Source: Octopus sinensis
Taxonomy: Eukaryota
Direction of reading: 5' to 3'
NCBI RefSeq assembly: GCF_006345805.1
Contig: NC_042998.1
Location: 180,048,001 to 180,112,000 of the forward strand
Length of the DNA stretch: 64,000 bases
In this document: in pieces, positions 40,354 to 55,292 of the stretch
Layout of the letters: each line of letters starts with the position of its first letter
Numbering within the stretch: position 1 is the stretch's first letter
Notes under the pieces: generated by a model
Database searches by the model: none
What the model saw: only the letters and a program-made list of their open reading frames with translations
What the model was told of the DNA's origin: nothing
Translations under genes and position numbers: made by a program

Positions 40354-40453
40354 TAATAATAATAATAATAATAATGATGATGATGATGATGATGATGATG
40401 ATAATAATAATAATAATAATTATAATAATGATAATAATAATAATATAATAATA

Positions 40454-40535
<82 letters not shown>

Positions 40536-40536
40536 T
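40354..40536. repeat. (AAT)n/(GAT)n trinucleotide tract
   Basis: Directly visible. Confidence 0.97.
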
Positions 40537-41195
40537 TGGATGATCTTGGAAGATTGTCACAAACGACACAAAAACTTGTCGATAACCTGGATAGACTTTA
40601 AAAAATGCTTTTGATAGTTTAACACATAGCTGGATTAAGAAATGTCTGGAAATGTATAAAATAGCACCTACTCTACGAAACGTCTTGTCTGTAAGTATGA
40701 GATCATAGAGAACCACACTGACTTTGAACAGCGACAATGAATCTCTCAATGCTAGAGATGTAAGAATTTCATGTGGCAATTTCCAGGGTGACTCTCTATC
40801 ACCACTCCTCTTTTGTCTAGCCTTCATGCCTCTATCGAAATTGCTCGATGATGTATAACACGGCTATAAAACGTTTGATAAAAATATAAATAATCTCATT
40901 TACATGAATGATTTAAAGCTCTTTGCAAAAAATGACCAACAAGTGATTGTTAAACAATTCAGTGATAACATCAGGGTGCAATTTGCCTTCGATAAATGTG
41001 TAAAAGTTACCTTTATCAAAGGGAAAATGACAAAAATACCCTCTGCTAATCTTGACCATCAGAATGTCATAAAGGAGTTAGAACCAGCGGAGAGTTACAA
41101 ATACCTAAGGGTATTTCAAGGGGACAGAATCAAACACTAAGTATTGAGGGAAAAGATCAGAAGAGAATGTTATCGCAGTGTAAGGGCAATGCTGA
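40537..41195 (+). mobile_element. R4/Dong-clade LINE reverse transcriptase fragment
   Basis: TWIDFKNAFDSLTHSWI...GNFQGDSLSPLLFCLAFMPLS...LIYMNDLKLFAKND...SYKYLRV with stops; abuts an (AAT)n tract, and TAA repeats are the known Dong target. Confidence 0.85.
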
Positions 41196-41740
41196 ACTCA
41201 GAATTTGAACTCAGAACGTGGAGACGGATTAAATGCCGTTAAGTGTTTTGCCTGGTGTGCTAATGATTCTACCAGCTCACCGCCTTAATAATGATAACAA
41301 TTGATAATCCTTTCTACTATAGACATAAGGCCTGAGACTTTGGGGAAGTGGATATTCGATTACATCGATCCCGAAAGGATGAAAAACAAAGTCCACCTCG
41401 GCGGAATTTGAACTCAAAACATAGTGGCAGACGAAATACCTATTTCTTTACTACCCACAAGGGCTAAACACAGAGAGGACAAACAAGGACAGACAAACGG
41501 ATTAAGTCGATTATATCGACCTCAGTGCGTAACTGGTACTTAATTTATCGATCCCGAAAGGATGAAAGGTAAAGTCGACCTCGGCGGAATTTGAACTCAG
41601 AACGCAACGGCAGACGAAATACGGCTACGCATTTCGCCCGGCGTGCTAACGATTCTGCCAGATGGCCGCTTAATAATAAAAATAATAATTATTATTTCTA
41701 TTCTAGGCACTAATCCTTGAAAATTTAGGGGGAAGGATGC

Positions 41741-41801
<61 letters not shown>

Positions 41802-41970
41802 TAGACACAAGGCTCGAAATTTTGGAGTGGGGTATAGTTAATTACATCACCCCCAATGTTTCACTGGTACTTAATTTATCGACCCCGAAAGGATGAAAGA
41901 CAAAATCGACCTCGGCAGAATTTGAACTCAGAATGTAATGCTGATAAGCATTTCACCCGCATGCTAACGA
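41196..41970 (-). mobile_element. Cluster of family 2 SINE copies with (TAA)n tails
   Basis: Repeated CCCGAAAGGATGAAA...GACCTCGGCGGAATTTGAACTCAG units. Confidence 0.85.
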
Positions 41971-42206
41971 CATATGGAAAGAAACCTCTACAGGTTAATT
42001 GAAAATGTATACAAACAAATATTTAGTCACCAACCCAGAGAGTATATACCTAAACAACATACAACAAATACCAATATTAAGCCCTGCACACGTTTTACGT
42101 AGAGTAATTTAAAAAGAATACAAGCGAGAAAACACTGCTGGAACACCAGGCATACTGATCTGTGCATAGTAATTTATTGAAGTAGGAAATAAAAGTTAGT
42201 TTAGAG

Positions 42207-42479
42207 CAGTGGTTTTCAACCGGTGTCCAAATAGCCTTTGGGGGTTCATATAAGATGTTGTTGTTAAACTTTATGTGCAATAAATTGATTATACTTTTAC
42301 AATAAACAAAATATTTTACCAGTCTTTTTTTATACAGTTCTTAATATTTAATTATAAAAATATATTAGGATTTATTAGGATATATTAGGATTTATTAAAC
42401 ATTGACTTGTTATGAGTGTTCACCCGAGTAAAATAGGTATCAAATGGGCCCATAGGCAATAAATGGTTAGGAACCAATG
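42207..42479. mobile_element. hAT (Charlie-like) MITE
   Basis: TIRs CAGTGGTTTTCAACC / GGTTAGGAACCAATG; 8-bp TSD GTTTAGAG (42199-42206) / GTTTAGGG (42480-42487). Confidence 0.8.
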
Positions 42480-43424
42480 GTTTAGGGTATGGATAGCTGA
42501 CAGTTATTTCAGAGGTGCAGAGATCCTGGCAGAAGCAACAGTAGACGCAAAGAGAGAAAATGATATGCTTGTGAAACAAAACCGTTTTAAGGCCCATTAA
42601 CACTGGTTAGTTGCGCAGGAGACTCAGGATTCTAGAGACCCAATACTAATCTGTATATACAGTAGCTTGCGGTCAGTAAATAAATATTATAAGGCTACGT
42701 GCATGGAACTGAACAGAGGCTTCTAGTGCTGCAAAGACGGCCCTGGTGTGGTTGATATATCAGTGAATGTAAGTTAAGTAGCAAAAACACTAGCAGCATC
42801 AGCAGTACCGACCTATGCGTATGTGGAGTACTCCAAAGCGGGTCTATCATGAATTTTGTAAAGAGTGAGCAATATTGTGGAATTATTTCATAACTTTCAC
42901 GAGGAACCCTCGATTTGTCTGGTTGTTGTAACGATATTGTCGTTATGACTATGTTGTCGTTGTTGCTGTCGCAATTGTTGTTAGTTTTGCTGTCAAGTCC
43001 AGATCAACTCTGGAGTGCAAACGTATGATAAAAGACATTCCAGCCACAACGTTGCATTCAAGATTACATTATCTTATCTTAAATTTATTCATAGAAATCT
43101 GCGCTGCACCTAGACACTTCTTCGACATACCAGGGTACTGCGATCTAGATACAGATAATAACGTATTTGTGATTTCATTTTAAATAAAGTATTGGAATAT
43201 TAATTCTGGATGTTTCTAGTTTTGCTTTATGATGTAGAGATAAGTATTATGTCTACTCACGATAATTCTGCTGACTAAAGTATTTGGCAAATTGATATTT
43301 CAACGAAAACACAGTTTTCACAGAAATACTATTTTAAGCTAAAAAAATTGCACGAGAGCATAATTTAAAGTAGTTTTGAATAAAGCATTGTCTATTTTAG
43401 TTTTAGTAAAATTGAGTGAGCGAA

Positions 43425-43725
43425 GGCGCGTGGCTTAGTGGTTAGGGTATTCGGATCATGATCGTAAGGTCATGAGTTCGATACGTGGCGGCGCGCTGTG
43501 TCCTTGAATAAGACACTTCAGTTTACGTTGCTCCAGTTCACTTAGATGGCAAAAAGGAGTTGTACCAGAATTTCAAAGGGCCAGCCTTATCACATTCTGT
43601 GTCACGCTGAATCTCCCTCAGAAATACGTTAAGGGTACGCGTGTCTATGAAGTGCTTAGCCACCTGCACGCTACTTTCACGAGCAGGATCAAGTAGAACA
43701 CTTTTCGTCACAACTGACGGAGTAC
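43425..43725 (+). mobile_element. tRNA-derived CORE-type SINE (family 3-related)
   Basis: GGCGCGTGGCTTAGTGGTTAGG...GAGTTCGATAC...TCCTTGAATAAGACACTT. Confidence 0.75.
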
Positions 43726-45104
43726 CTGTTTTTTTTTTCTGTAATTTTTAATTGAATGTGGAGACAAAGGCTTTTTACACAATATCTTCCATAATTTTGC
43801 GACTAATGCGCCAAGGGCAAGGAAGATCTCCTGCATAGCACCTCTACCAAAAACATTAACTGCATAACTACATAGGTAAATCGTTACACTATCAGCTAGA
43901 AAACATCATGGCCACACAAACCCCCACCACAGAATTATTGACAACTTTAGCTGAATTACACATCCTAACAGTGAGATTTTTGTCCCGAGGAGAGACATTT
44001 CCCCGGAAGGCTTTTGTCTCATGGCCTTTTGTTCCCAAAATATACCTTCCCGCGTTTAAATGAAGATAACTAAGATAGCATTTAAGTGCTTTGATTTATC
44101 AAGCAAAGTTTTTCCTGCGGGGCGCCTCATTGAAATTTCAAGTTATCTTTCTATAATTTAGTGATAACTACAGATATATATCGTAGGCGCTAACGCTTCA
44201 AGATGCAGCGATAAGAATTTATAGGAAGAGAAATATCCGACGGATTATAGGTAAGTGAGGGTTGATGTTATTGTCGTTGTTTTCGTTGTTGCTGAGTGTT
44301 TTTCTTCAGAATGTTTTGATAGGTAAAAGTCTCATTGAGTTTGATGCTAATTTTAAAGCATAAGCTTCTCCCATTATTGGTTGGCAATCCAAGAAATGAA
44401 AACATTCTATCGTAAACCTACTGGGGTTGAAAGCCACTAGCGAGTAAACTACACAAACACACACACACACACACGCATCCCCTTCGATGTTCACTAAATT
44501 CCTGAAATACGTTCGTTTGTGTGTTTAGACCGCTCTTTCCTCTACGTCTATCTCACTCGCTCTATCATGCATAAATACATACACATTAAGATACTTTACA
44601 GATACATGCATGATATGCATGATTCCCTCTCTCCGTCACTCCATCCATCCATCAATCCAAACGCACACATACTCGCATGCATCCACACACCGCGCCTACG
44701 CACATGCATATGTGAAAAATAACGACAAAAGGCTGAAAATGCATCAACTTTTGATATACATACATATTTTTTTGCGCAATTAAACAAGTTTAACTTTTTG
44801 ACAGAAGGTGAAAATAATTTTTTTCTATGTATTTATATGTTATATAGATAAGTGTATGAAATGCGTTTTAATAGAATAAATGTTTTCCTATTATAGTTTA
44901 ACTGAAAATATTTAGGTGCACATATATACATATATATACCGAATTGAGAAGGGGAGAAGCTGAAAACAGGATCACATTTTACGTTGAGTCTCTTGGCTAG
45001 AAAAAGGTTTTAGTGCATAGATTTTCGTGTAATATATATATATATACACACACACTCACACAAGTATATATATATAATATATATATATTATACATATATA
45101 TATA

Positions 45105-45139
<35 letters not shown>

Positions 45140-45160
45140 GATATATATATATTATTATGT

Positions 45161-45922
<762 letters not shown>

Positions 45923-45939
45923 CATGTACAGAACTCGAC

Positions 45940-46260
45940 TCTATCGGTCACGAATGACTATGGGTACACATAAGAGGTTCTCCTCCGGGGTACAAGTCTA
46001 GGCGGAAAGTCCCATCACCGGCGAACGCACAACCTGGGTTGTTTTCATGGAAGACCAGCAGTCACCCACGCATACCTGCCTCCCCTCTCAACGCCACTGA
46101 TGTTATCCAAGGGAAAGCAATGGCCGATACAGCTTGGCATCAGTTATATCACAACTCATTTCTACAGCTGAGTGAACTGGAGAAACGTGAAATAAAGTGT
46201 CTTGCTCAAGAACACAACACGCAGCCCGGTCCGGGAATCGAACTCACAACCTCACGACGT
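45940..46260 (-). mobile_element. Family 3 SINE
   Basis: Reverse complement of 11006-11342. Confidence 0.85.
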
Positions 46261-46892
46261 ACGTACTACATTGCATTTTATCAGTCTAAACAATCTACAA
46301 CCTTTATTATACGCAGATATATTCGGATTTGTGTCATATTATCGACGCAACCTTTTAGCCATTGTACACTCCGACTTTATTCGGATAAGTGAATTCTAAA
46401 ATATTCTCGGAATTTCAAACTGAATCCTTAATTAAATGAACGGGGGTAAATTATTCTCGTTTCGTTATCCTACCAGGGAGATTCATATATTTGTTAATTT
46501 ACTTGTGAGTTTACTTACTTTTACCTCTTGAACCAAAATGTATATTTTCTGACCAAACCAGCGACTGAACTCACGCCCACGAGATAAACTACGACACTTG
46601 ACGCATAATGACTGCTTATATACGCAGTCCTATTAGCCCGTAGAACAATTAAGTAATGGGATAGTGAGCATAGGCGTTGATTAGGTGTCAAGTGCTAAGT
46701 GTTAAGTGTTAAGTAGTTTTAGTGGGCGTGAAAACATTAGTCAAAATATATCAGCGTATATAATAATGTTAATTCTTTCAATTTCAGACACTTATGTTGT
46801 GAATATGATTATATAAGTTTGTATTAGGAGTTTATATTTAATAGCTACTGCGGCAGAAAAACTAGACAAACAAATAGAATAAAGAGAAAGAA

Positions 46893-46937
<45 letters not shown>

Positions 46938-46957
46938 ACAGACAGACAGAGAATATA

Positions 46958-48208
46958 CATGGGTTGGACAAAATAATGGAAACACCTGGCATCATAGCAT
47001 CATAATTTTGAAATATCTATAAAACCGTCAAAGCTTGTTTATTTTTGTTTTTTGATTTATCATTAATTTTGCTTCATATGTTTTGCTAAAATTGCTGTAT
47101 CTTTTCAGATATCACCAGAAAAAGGTAATTAAAATTCATTAAAATGACAGATCTATCGGAGTTTCAAAGTGATCAAAATTGTTGGTGCTCGTATGGCAGC
47201 CGCTAGCGTAACGAAAAAAGCCGTAATGTTTGGTGTATCAAGATGTACTGTCTCGAAAGTAATGACAGCCTTTGAGAAAGAGGGAAAAATCTCCTCCTGG
47301 AAACAAAACTGCGGAAGAAAACCAAAACTTTCAGATAGGGACCGTCGGACTCTTACGCGAATTATTAGAAAGGATCACAAAAGTACAGTTCCCAAAATTA
47401 CTGCAAGGCTTAATGATCACCTCGAGAACCCAGTTTCCACAAAAGCTGTTCGCCGGGAGCTGCACAAAGCCGGATTTCATGGGAGGTATGCAATCAGAAA
47501 ACCACTGCTATCAAAAACAAATGTTGCAAAGCGTTTACAGTGGAGTAGAAACCTACAGAATTGGTCCCTAGAGCAGTGGAAGAATATTATTTTCTCGGAC
47601 GAGTCATTCTTCACTTTATTTCCGACCATCGGCTTATTATACACAGCCAAAAGAAGCATTTGACCCAGGCTGCCTTCTCCCAACTGGAGGAAGATCTGTG
47701 ATGATCTGGGGGGAGGGGCTGTATCTGGGAAATCCGCCGTCTCAATGCTTTACCTTCATGGCAGAATTAATAGTCAAGATTATTTAAGAATTTTATCTGA
47801 TCAAATTCATCCTATGGTTGCGGAACTGTTTCCAGAGGGAAATGCAATCTTTTAGGATGACAATGCACCAATTCACACAGCTAAAGTTGTAATTGAATAG
47901 CACAAAGAACATTCTTGTAAAGTTGAACATCTTATCTGGCCACCACAGTCCCCAGATCTCAATATTATTGAATCTTTATGGTGCATTTTAGAAAAACGAG
48001 TAAGGAGTCGATATCTTCCACCATCATCACTACATGAACTGGAGACTGTTTTAGCTGAAGAATGCACAAAATTCCTTTGGAAACAATTCAAACTTTGTAC
48101 GAGTCCATACCTTGTAGAATTCAAGCTGTAATTACTGCCAAAGGCGGTCCTACTCCATATTAAAATAAATTTGTTTTAATGTGTTTCCATTATTTTGTCC
48201 TACTCCTG
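46958..48208 (+). mobile_element. Near full-length Tc1-like DNA transposon (~1.25 kb)
   Basis: TIRs CATGGGTTGGACAAAATAATGGAAACAC / GTGTTTCCATTATTTTGTCCTACTCCTG with a TA TSD on both sides. Confidence 0.95.
47144..48163 (+). pseudogene. Tc1 transposase pseudogene
   Basis: ATG at 47144; CGRKPKLSDRDRR, WKNIIFSDES, F*DDNAPIH, WPPQSPDLNIIESLW, AKGGPTPY*; frameshifts and stops. Confidence 0.9.
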
Positions 48209-49732
48209 TAGTTGTGATGTGTTGGTATTAAAATCCGTTTCAATAAATTCTGGTCATTTAAACAACAGTAATAACAGTTCTCATAGAGATATTTTTATAA
48301 CAATAACAAAAATAAAAAAGAAAGAAAAATAACAAATAATCATTTCCCTTCCTTTCTACTATACGCACAAGGTCTGAAAATTGGGAGAAGGGAGACAGCC
48401 GATTAGATCGACACCAGTACACAACTGGTACTTAATTTATCGACCCCGAAAGGGTGAAAGGCATGGCGCGCTAATATTTTGGCGAGCTCGTCGCCTTCAA
48501 AAATAATAAATAATGCTAAGTTAAAGTTGTTGCTGCTGTTGTTGTTGTTGTTATTCTGTAGTCCACGGTCAGCCCTTGACTTAGCAGACTCATGATAAAT
48601 TGGCATTTTCTTCTAGAACATATTTCCCCACTTTTTTGTTTTGCTTGAGGCATTGGGTACCAGGACTACATAATGCAACGTGTTCATTTACAAAAAAAAT
48701 TGCGATAGAACGATATTCGGGAAGTGTTGGTTGCCACATCTAGCACGTCGATCGTCCACATATAGGCTTTCTTGTTGACTCATACTATTCTCAGTGGAAA
48801 ATCTACGCGCACTTTAACGACTTTCTATGAAAGTATTTACAAATATAAAACATTTACTTTGAGATGCTTAAGTTCTAAATCATTTCTTAATCAGTTTTCA
48901 AAATCAGACAAAATCAACAAGGATTCGGTGTAACTCATCGCATCACATCATGGTTGAGGTGTAGCATTTCAAACGGAAAGAAACAAAGAATAATTTGGTA
49001 TATTTGTGGGAAGGGTTCCCTTAGGAGATCATTAGTTAAGCTCATATTCTCTCAACCGACACCAACCCAGTTTCATTATTGCTATAATTTTATCGTAAAG
49101 TCAACTAGTAAAATTCTCATGAAAATTGAATTGAACCGAATCTGCTCTCAGTGTCGATGTAACTGTTAAAATATTTCGGAGGAATCCGATATCGGAGCGA
49201 GTTTTTCTTTGGTTATTTGCTGCGCACCAAATTTTAGCAGTCACGATTATATTTATTTTCCTCTCTCTCTCTCTCTTAATTTTTGTATTTATTTATTCAA
49301 ATTCTGCCATAGTAGTCAGTTAACTCTAAACCCTTTTATACAAACATATATAAGGATATACATAAAATAACTATTCTGTTCACACACATAATATAATTCT
49401 TTGTAATTTTGGCACAAGGCCAGTATTTTTGAAGGGAGGGGAAATACAATTACATCCAAGTTCCTGAGTGCTTCACCCTGCGTGAGTGAAAGGCAGAGTT
49501 AACCGTAGCGGTATTTGAACTCAAATCAAACACATAATATAATGTAATGTGATATAATATAATAGAATAAAAGACGCATACACATTATGTGTGTCAGTGT
49601 TCATCGTTAGGAGAGTTGCTCAGTTTGAACCAGAACAATTCACTTGGTTGCTAGAACAGTTACTCTAGTTAATCTAGATTTCGAAATAGATTGTCCCATG
49701 AAAAATTTCAAGACACTCTATACATATATACA

Positions 49733-49808
<76 letters not shown>

Positions 49809-49824
49809 TATATTATATATATAT

Positions 49825-49855
<31 letters not shown>

Positions 49856-50070
49856 TTATTTATTTTATAGAAGGAGCTACAACTTAGGAATATGTATCGC
49901 CTTAGGCAAAGTTTGTCCAAGATGGCCGATAATTTACAAAAAAACTATCACGCCTTGAACAAAATAATTGAAATGTTTAACTGAATTTTACATTTTAAAT
50001 TGTTAATGCACTTTGAACATCAAGGCAGTGAAGTGGAAGAGTCGTTAGAGCATTGGATTGAATGCATCGC

Positions 50071-50487
50071 GGATCTTTTCAGTTTGAACGGCAGTTTTTT
50101 CTAGCGGTGTCATATGAAATTGTCACCCATAATTATGACCCTAGTATCGATCTATTGCATTTCAATCTTTTTTAGGGTTAGTTAGGGTTAGGGGTGGGGG
50201 AAAGGTATCTTTTTTCTTCACAAATGTAAATAAACCCAATATGCTTCTTGAACGAGGGATATATTCATACGGAACAGAATGTTTTTTTAACTCAATAGAC
50301 CTTAGTGATTGGTTGAAATTGCAGAAATTGAAGTAAAAAAAACAACAAATATCTTACAAACAGAATTTTCTCAATAAAGCCAAGAGAAAAAGATGTTTTA
50401 TAAACAGATTCTACTAGTGTATGAAGTTTAAAAATTTTAGTCACCTAGAAATTATGTTAAAAACTGCCGTTCAAACCGAAAAGATCC
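50071..50487. mobile_element. MITE with 29-bp GG-terminal TIRs and an 8-bp TSD (Merlin-like), inserted in a family 2 SINE
   Basis: GGATCTTTTCAGTTTGAACGGCAGTTTTT / AAAAACTGCCGTTCAAACCGAAAAGATCC; perfect TSD TGCATCGC at 50063-50070 and 50488-50495. Confidence 0.9.
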
Positions 50488-52129
50488 TGCATCGCAGTAT
50501 TTCCACCGACACTCTGCTTTCGGAACTCAATTCCTGTTGAGATTAATTAGACTCTTTGTCCCTTTCGGGAGCGACAAGAGAAAGCACAAATCCAGGACAG
50601 TGAATTGAAGAGTAATACAAAATGTTTTACGGTGTCCTTTCTCTGATTTTCTTGCGTTTTGACAGCAGCAGTAGACTCTAGTGCTAAATTGTATTGGCCC
50701 TTTCTAGCCGCTTTTCTGTTCAATAAGCAACAATGGTGCGGAGAAAAGTTACTTGCATCTATAAGCAACTGCCAGTTTACTCCTAAAATGCTTATCCAGG
50801 CTTGCGTATATATTTGCAGACGCATGGCACGAATCGATGGAGGGCTTGAAGAATTGAATATCTCATTTGAGTCAAATCGGTCTTGATTGAAGACGACTAA
50901 AATGGAATAGAAATGTCCAATAAATATTTATTGGCGACGGAATATTTCCCATCTTTTATTGATTTTACTATTTGTGATGATATGAACATATAGTCGGTAC
51001 CGACTCTGAAATGAAACTTTGGTAATTCCAATAGCAGCTACAAACACCAACCTTCCACAAGGTCAACAATTTTAGTTTTATATAATTCAGTATGTTTTAT
51101 CAGAAGTTTGTTATTCGTGGTTAGACAGTTAATCAGGTCTTTTATAAAGAGAAGGAAAATTTTGTCAAAGAAATCGTTGAGAATAGTAAATTAATGATCA
51201 TTGTTTCTTGTATTATAAAAAAAAAAGACTCCTTCGCATAGTAAATTCTATTCAAAGAGTTTTAACAGAAAACAAATTCCTGTGATATCATGCCTTCTCC
51301 GTTCACGCGATGTTGTCTGTAAAAGCAACATTTAATCATATAACAGTTGAAGTATTACAGTATAGATTCTGAAAGAGTCTTGAATTTAAATCTATTGAAA
51401 GAATTCACTTTGTGTAAGACAATATTCCATTATATTTTTATTTACTTTAGAGCATTGGGCAGTAGTCATGCTGGGGCATTGCTTTCAGTGGTTTTAGTAA
51501 ATTATATAGACCAAATAACGTAGGAGCTGAGAGTGATAGAAGTGTTAGCACGTCAGAAAAAGTACTTAGCAGTATTTACTTTGTCTTTTCCCGTTCTGCG
51601 TTCAAATCTCACCATGAACGATTTTGTCTTTCTTCTCTTCGGAGATGATGAAATAAAGTAACGATTAAGTACTTGGGTCGAAGTAATCGACTTTCCCCTC
51701 TTTTTAAAAGAATTGCTGGCCTTGAAACCTGCAACGGACCGGCGTCCTGTTGAGAGGGATGTTGTGAGCTCGGTGACTTGTACACCAGAGAACCCGGGTA
51801 ACCGACTACGTGAGTATAGTATTCGAGAACAAAATGGATCTGGGGCTTAATTTCGTACACTTTTTATTCGATAGCAATGGAATGCCTTTGTTTATTCATC
51901 TTTTTAGGAAATTACCTCTATTGAACGGGCATAAAATTCACAGCCGTTTACACTGGCTTACACATACATGCACACACTTATACGACAGGCTTTCGCGCAA
52001 TGCCTATCTACGAATGTTTACTCACAAAACACCGGTTACATAGCGTCTGGAGTAGAAGACGCTCACCCAAGATGCTGTGAAGTTGGATGGATCGAGGAAG
52101 CAAGTGTTGCAGAAAATGCACGTTTTTCC

Positions 52130-52445
52130 TTCACATCAATGGAGAAGTTCTTAAGCAGATCAGGCCGAAAATGTCGCTAGAAGCTAGGATCACCAAGCAT
52201 AGATTGGCATATTTCGGTCATATTATGCGGAGAAAATCCCTGGAGAAGGACATCATGCTCAGAATGGTCAGTGGCAAGAGAGGAAGAGGCCAATCAAGAA
52301 CCCGCTGGCTTGACACCATCAAGAGTGATATCAGAATGGACATAGCCAATCTGAAAGAAGCGGCCCAGGATAGAACTGACTGGAGGACACTGACTCAACG
52401 AGTAACCGAGAGTCGACTTCGACTGAGCGGATAGATAGATAGATG
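52130..52445 (+). mobile_element. RTE (BovB-like) LINE 3' end
   Basis: LAYFGHIMRRKSLEKDIMLRMVSGKRGRGQSRTRWLDTIKSD...DRTDWR, followed by a (GATA)n tail. Confidence 0.9.
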
Positions 52446-52995
52446 AATATGAAAACCTACAAGTACGGAATTAGATTATATTCATATTCAAACATCTACG
52501 TTTGTCCAGGATGGATTTAGTTATGCAGAAGCAGCCCGATGCTTGAAACAAATATAAGATTAAGGATAATTACAACCCTAAAAGTCATTACAATTGCTGA
52601 TGCCTTTTCCTAATGCAGCCGAAATTGCATCTTAAAAACCGACCTTCATTTTCAAGGGCCGAATTTAGTTAATCTCTGATCACTTAGTGACCTTAAAAAT
52701 CTAAAGTAACGCCTACAATGGAATATAGTTCCCACATATGACACGATGCTTATTCGACATACGCAAAATTCTTGGCGACATACGACTTTCGCATCAACCC
52801 TATACAAACCACGAGACTGGGAACATACACACATATTTATTATATGTGTGTGTGTATTTGTGTGTATCTGTGTGTGAGTGTGCGTGCGTGCGCGTGTGTG
52901 TGTGCCTATATATATATATGGGAACCTCTGAAACTCATTAACATTATTTTAATGTTTATCGTTGTTAATAAAGTATATATATAAATATGTATGTG

Positions 52996-53043
<48 letters not shown>

Positions 53044-53476
53044 ACACACACACATATATATATATATATATTATATATATATATACATTGGCAAATACGG
53101 CCTCCGTAGCCAAGTGGGAGAGATAATCATTCAAAAGGTTGCGAATGGCGGCAAACGAACTTTGACAATAAAAAAATAAATAATAAGCATGAAACAAAAT
53201 ATGTTAGACTGTTTAATCAACAAGTTGAGCAAACGATCGATAAGTTAGATATTTACCCAATTGACTAATAATAGAGGAGTGGAATTGGAATTGAAACGGT
53301 GCGTGTCTTATTAATATTGGCGTAATGATGTTCCCAAGACACAGCAAAATTCGTTTCAACACACATTAAGAATCCTGTAAACCAAATACAATAACGAATA
53401 CATATATATACATATATATATATATTATATATATATATATACATATATACATACATACATATATATATATTATATA

Positions 53477-53507
<31 letters not shown>

Positions 53508-53512
53508 CATAT

Positions 53513-53555
<43 letters not shown>

Positions 53556-53789
53556 TATATGTATTCATATATACATCCATATATGTACAAACATACATAC
53601 ATGCATACATACAAACATACATACATACATACATACATACATGCATACATACATACATGCACACATACATGCATACATACATACATGCATAATACATCAT
53701 ACATACATACATACATTCATACATACGTACATACATACATACATACATACATACATACATACATACATACATACATACATACATACATA

Positions 53790-54125
53790 CTGTCTAAATA
53801 CTAATCTTGAGAAATTAGGCTTCTCAAAATCAGAAATCTGATTCGAAGACTACAGATTCAAGCCATCACTGTAAGCACAAAAATCTATAAAATTTTCCAG
53901 AGGTTTATCATTTAAGTACACATACGCATGTCTACATATGTAAGTATATGCATGAGAAGACATACATAACAGAAAACATAAAAATCTGCGCGTATACATA
54001 CATACTTACAAAAATACACTGTGCTTGATCTTGAAATTCCAATGAAGAAGCCCTGGATCTAGGTTAGAAACCGGCTCCTTCTCTATTGACAAGGTATCTT
54101 GAAATAAAACTGAATAATGACATAG
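53790..54125 (+). mobile_element. R4/Dong-like LINE 3' end inserted in (TACA)n
   Basis: [16 protein letters not shown] parallels CLNENLGKLGFSERRI at ~56286; (TACA)n on both sides. Confidence 0.7.
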
Positions 54126-54214
54126 CTACATGCATACATACACGCATGCATACATACATACATACATACATACATATAATACATACATACATACATATAT
54201 ACATACATACATAC

Positions 54215-54245
<31 letters not shown>

Positions 54246-55225
54246 CATACATACATACATACATGCATACATACATATTAAAAGGAAAGCATACAAAAAA
54301 TCATATATTTAAAATGTATTGAATTCTAGACATACTGCTAAAATTTCAGACAATTTGGATGAAAGTTGTTCACGTGGTTAGGTGATGAAATGATGTCAAA
54401 ATTTTTGGGACTATGTTCTTTTTTTGTGCATGTGATTTGCAGATGTCTTAAGATGTCGTCACGGTACTACCTCCCTGTGCGGCACGATGTTCTTGCTAAA
54501 ACAATTTACAATGCCATCCGCTAAAAAACTGTCCTGAAATTAACTTAGAAAACCATCTGCTATGGAAGACATTCATAAGCACCAACTCAAGGAATACTGG
54601 TGGTATATTCCCATCAAACCTTCTGTCAAATTTAAGCGTAACAGGGCGGATATTTTTGTTTGGGGCAGAGCGGCAAAGGTATGTACCATCATAGAGGTCA
54701 GCTGCCCTGCAGATATAAATATCTCTTTGAAAATGAAAGAAAAAGAGAATAACTATGAACAACCGCTTCGAAACCTCCAGCTTCTATATCTAGACTATGA
54801 ATCCATAGGCGTAGGAGTGGCTGTGTGGTAAGTAGTTTGCTTAACAACTACATGATTCTGGGTTCAAGGCGTGGCTCCTTGGGGATGTGTCTCCTACTAT
54901 AGCCTCAGGCCAACCAAAGCCTTGTGAGTAGATTTGGTAGTCTGAAACTGAAAGAAGCCCGTCGTATATATATATTTAACAATTAAGGATAACTTCTTAA
55001 TAAGGAATCTTAACAAGAAATTATCAGGTAGTTAGCGTGAAAAACCTCATAAGAGAAAAATTTGAGTTTAATTTTTTTCTTTTGAACATATTAATTTATA
55101 TTATATAGAGGGCATTATTACACATAAATGCCTCACACTAAGAGGGACATAAGTCATTACTACCAAAATTTCACTAATCATACCCAATGTAGTTTTTCAA
55201 AGCAAGAGATTTAAAAAATGAATTT

Positions 55226-55292
55226 AGTCCTATATCACCTGTGATTTCGCACTTACCGCATAAAAAATGCGTCTATACTCATCGGTAGAACT
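55226..55292 (-). ncRNA. Type I hammerhead ribozyme (CCGAUGA core variant)
   Basis: Reverse complement reads AGTTCTA-CCGATGA-GTAT..CGCAT..ATGCG..GTGC-GAAA-TCACAGGTGA-TA-TAGGACT. Confidence 0.7.

Noticed and set aside
42513-42774. Possible plus-strand exon (TTTCAG...GAAT|GTAAGT)
   Set aside because: The best frame stops early and the donor context is weak; not supportable without RNA data.
44187-44256. Plus-strand donor TAG|GTAAGT with a possible 64-nt exon
   Set aside because: Weak acceptor, no recognisable peptide and no partner exons.
49206-49216. TCTTTGGTTAT, identical to the 5' end of miR-9
   Set aside because: The match ends after 11 nt and no convincing precursor hairpin is visible.
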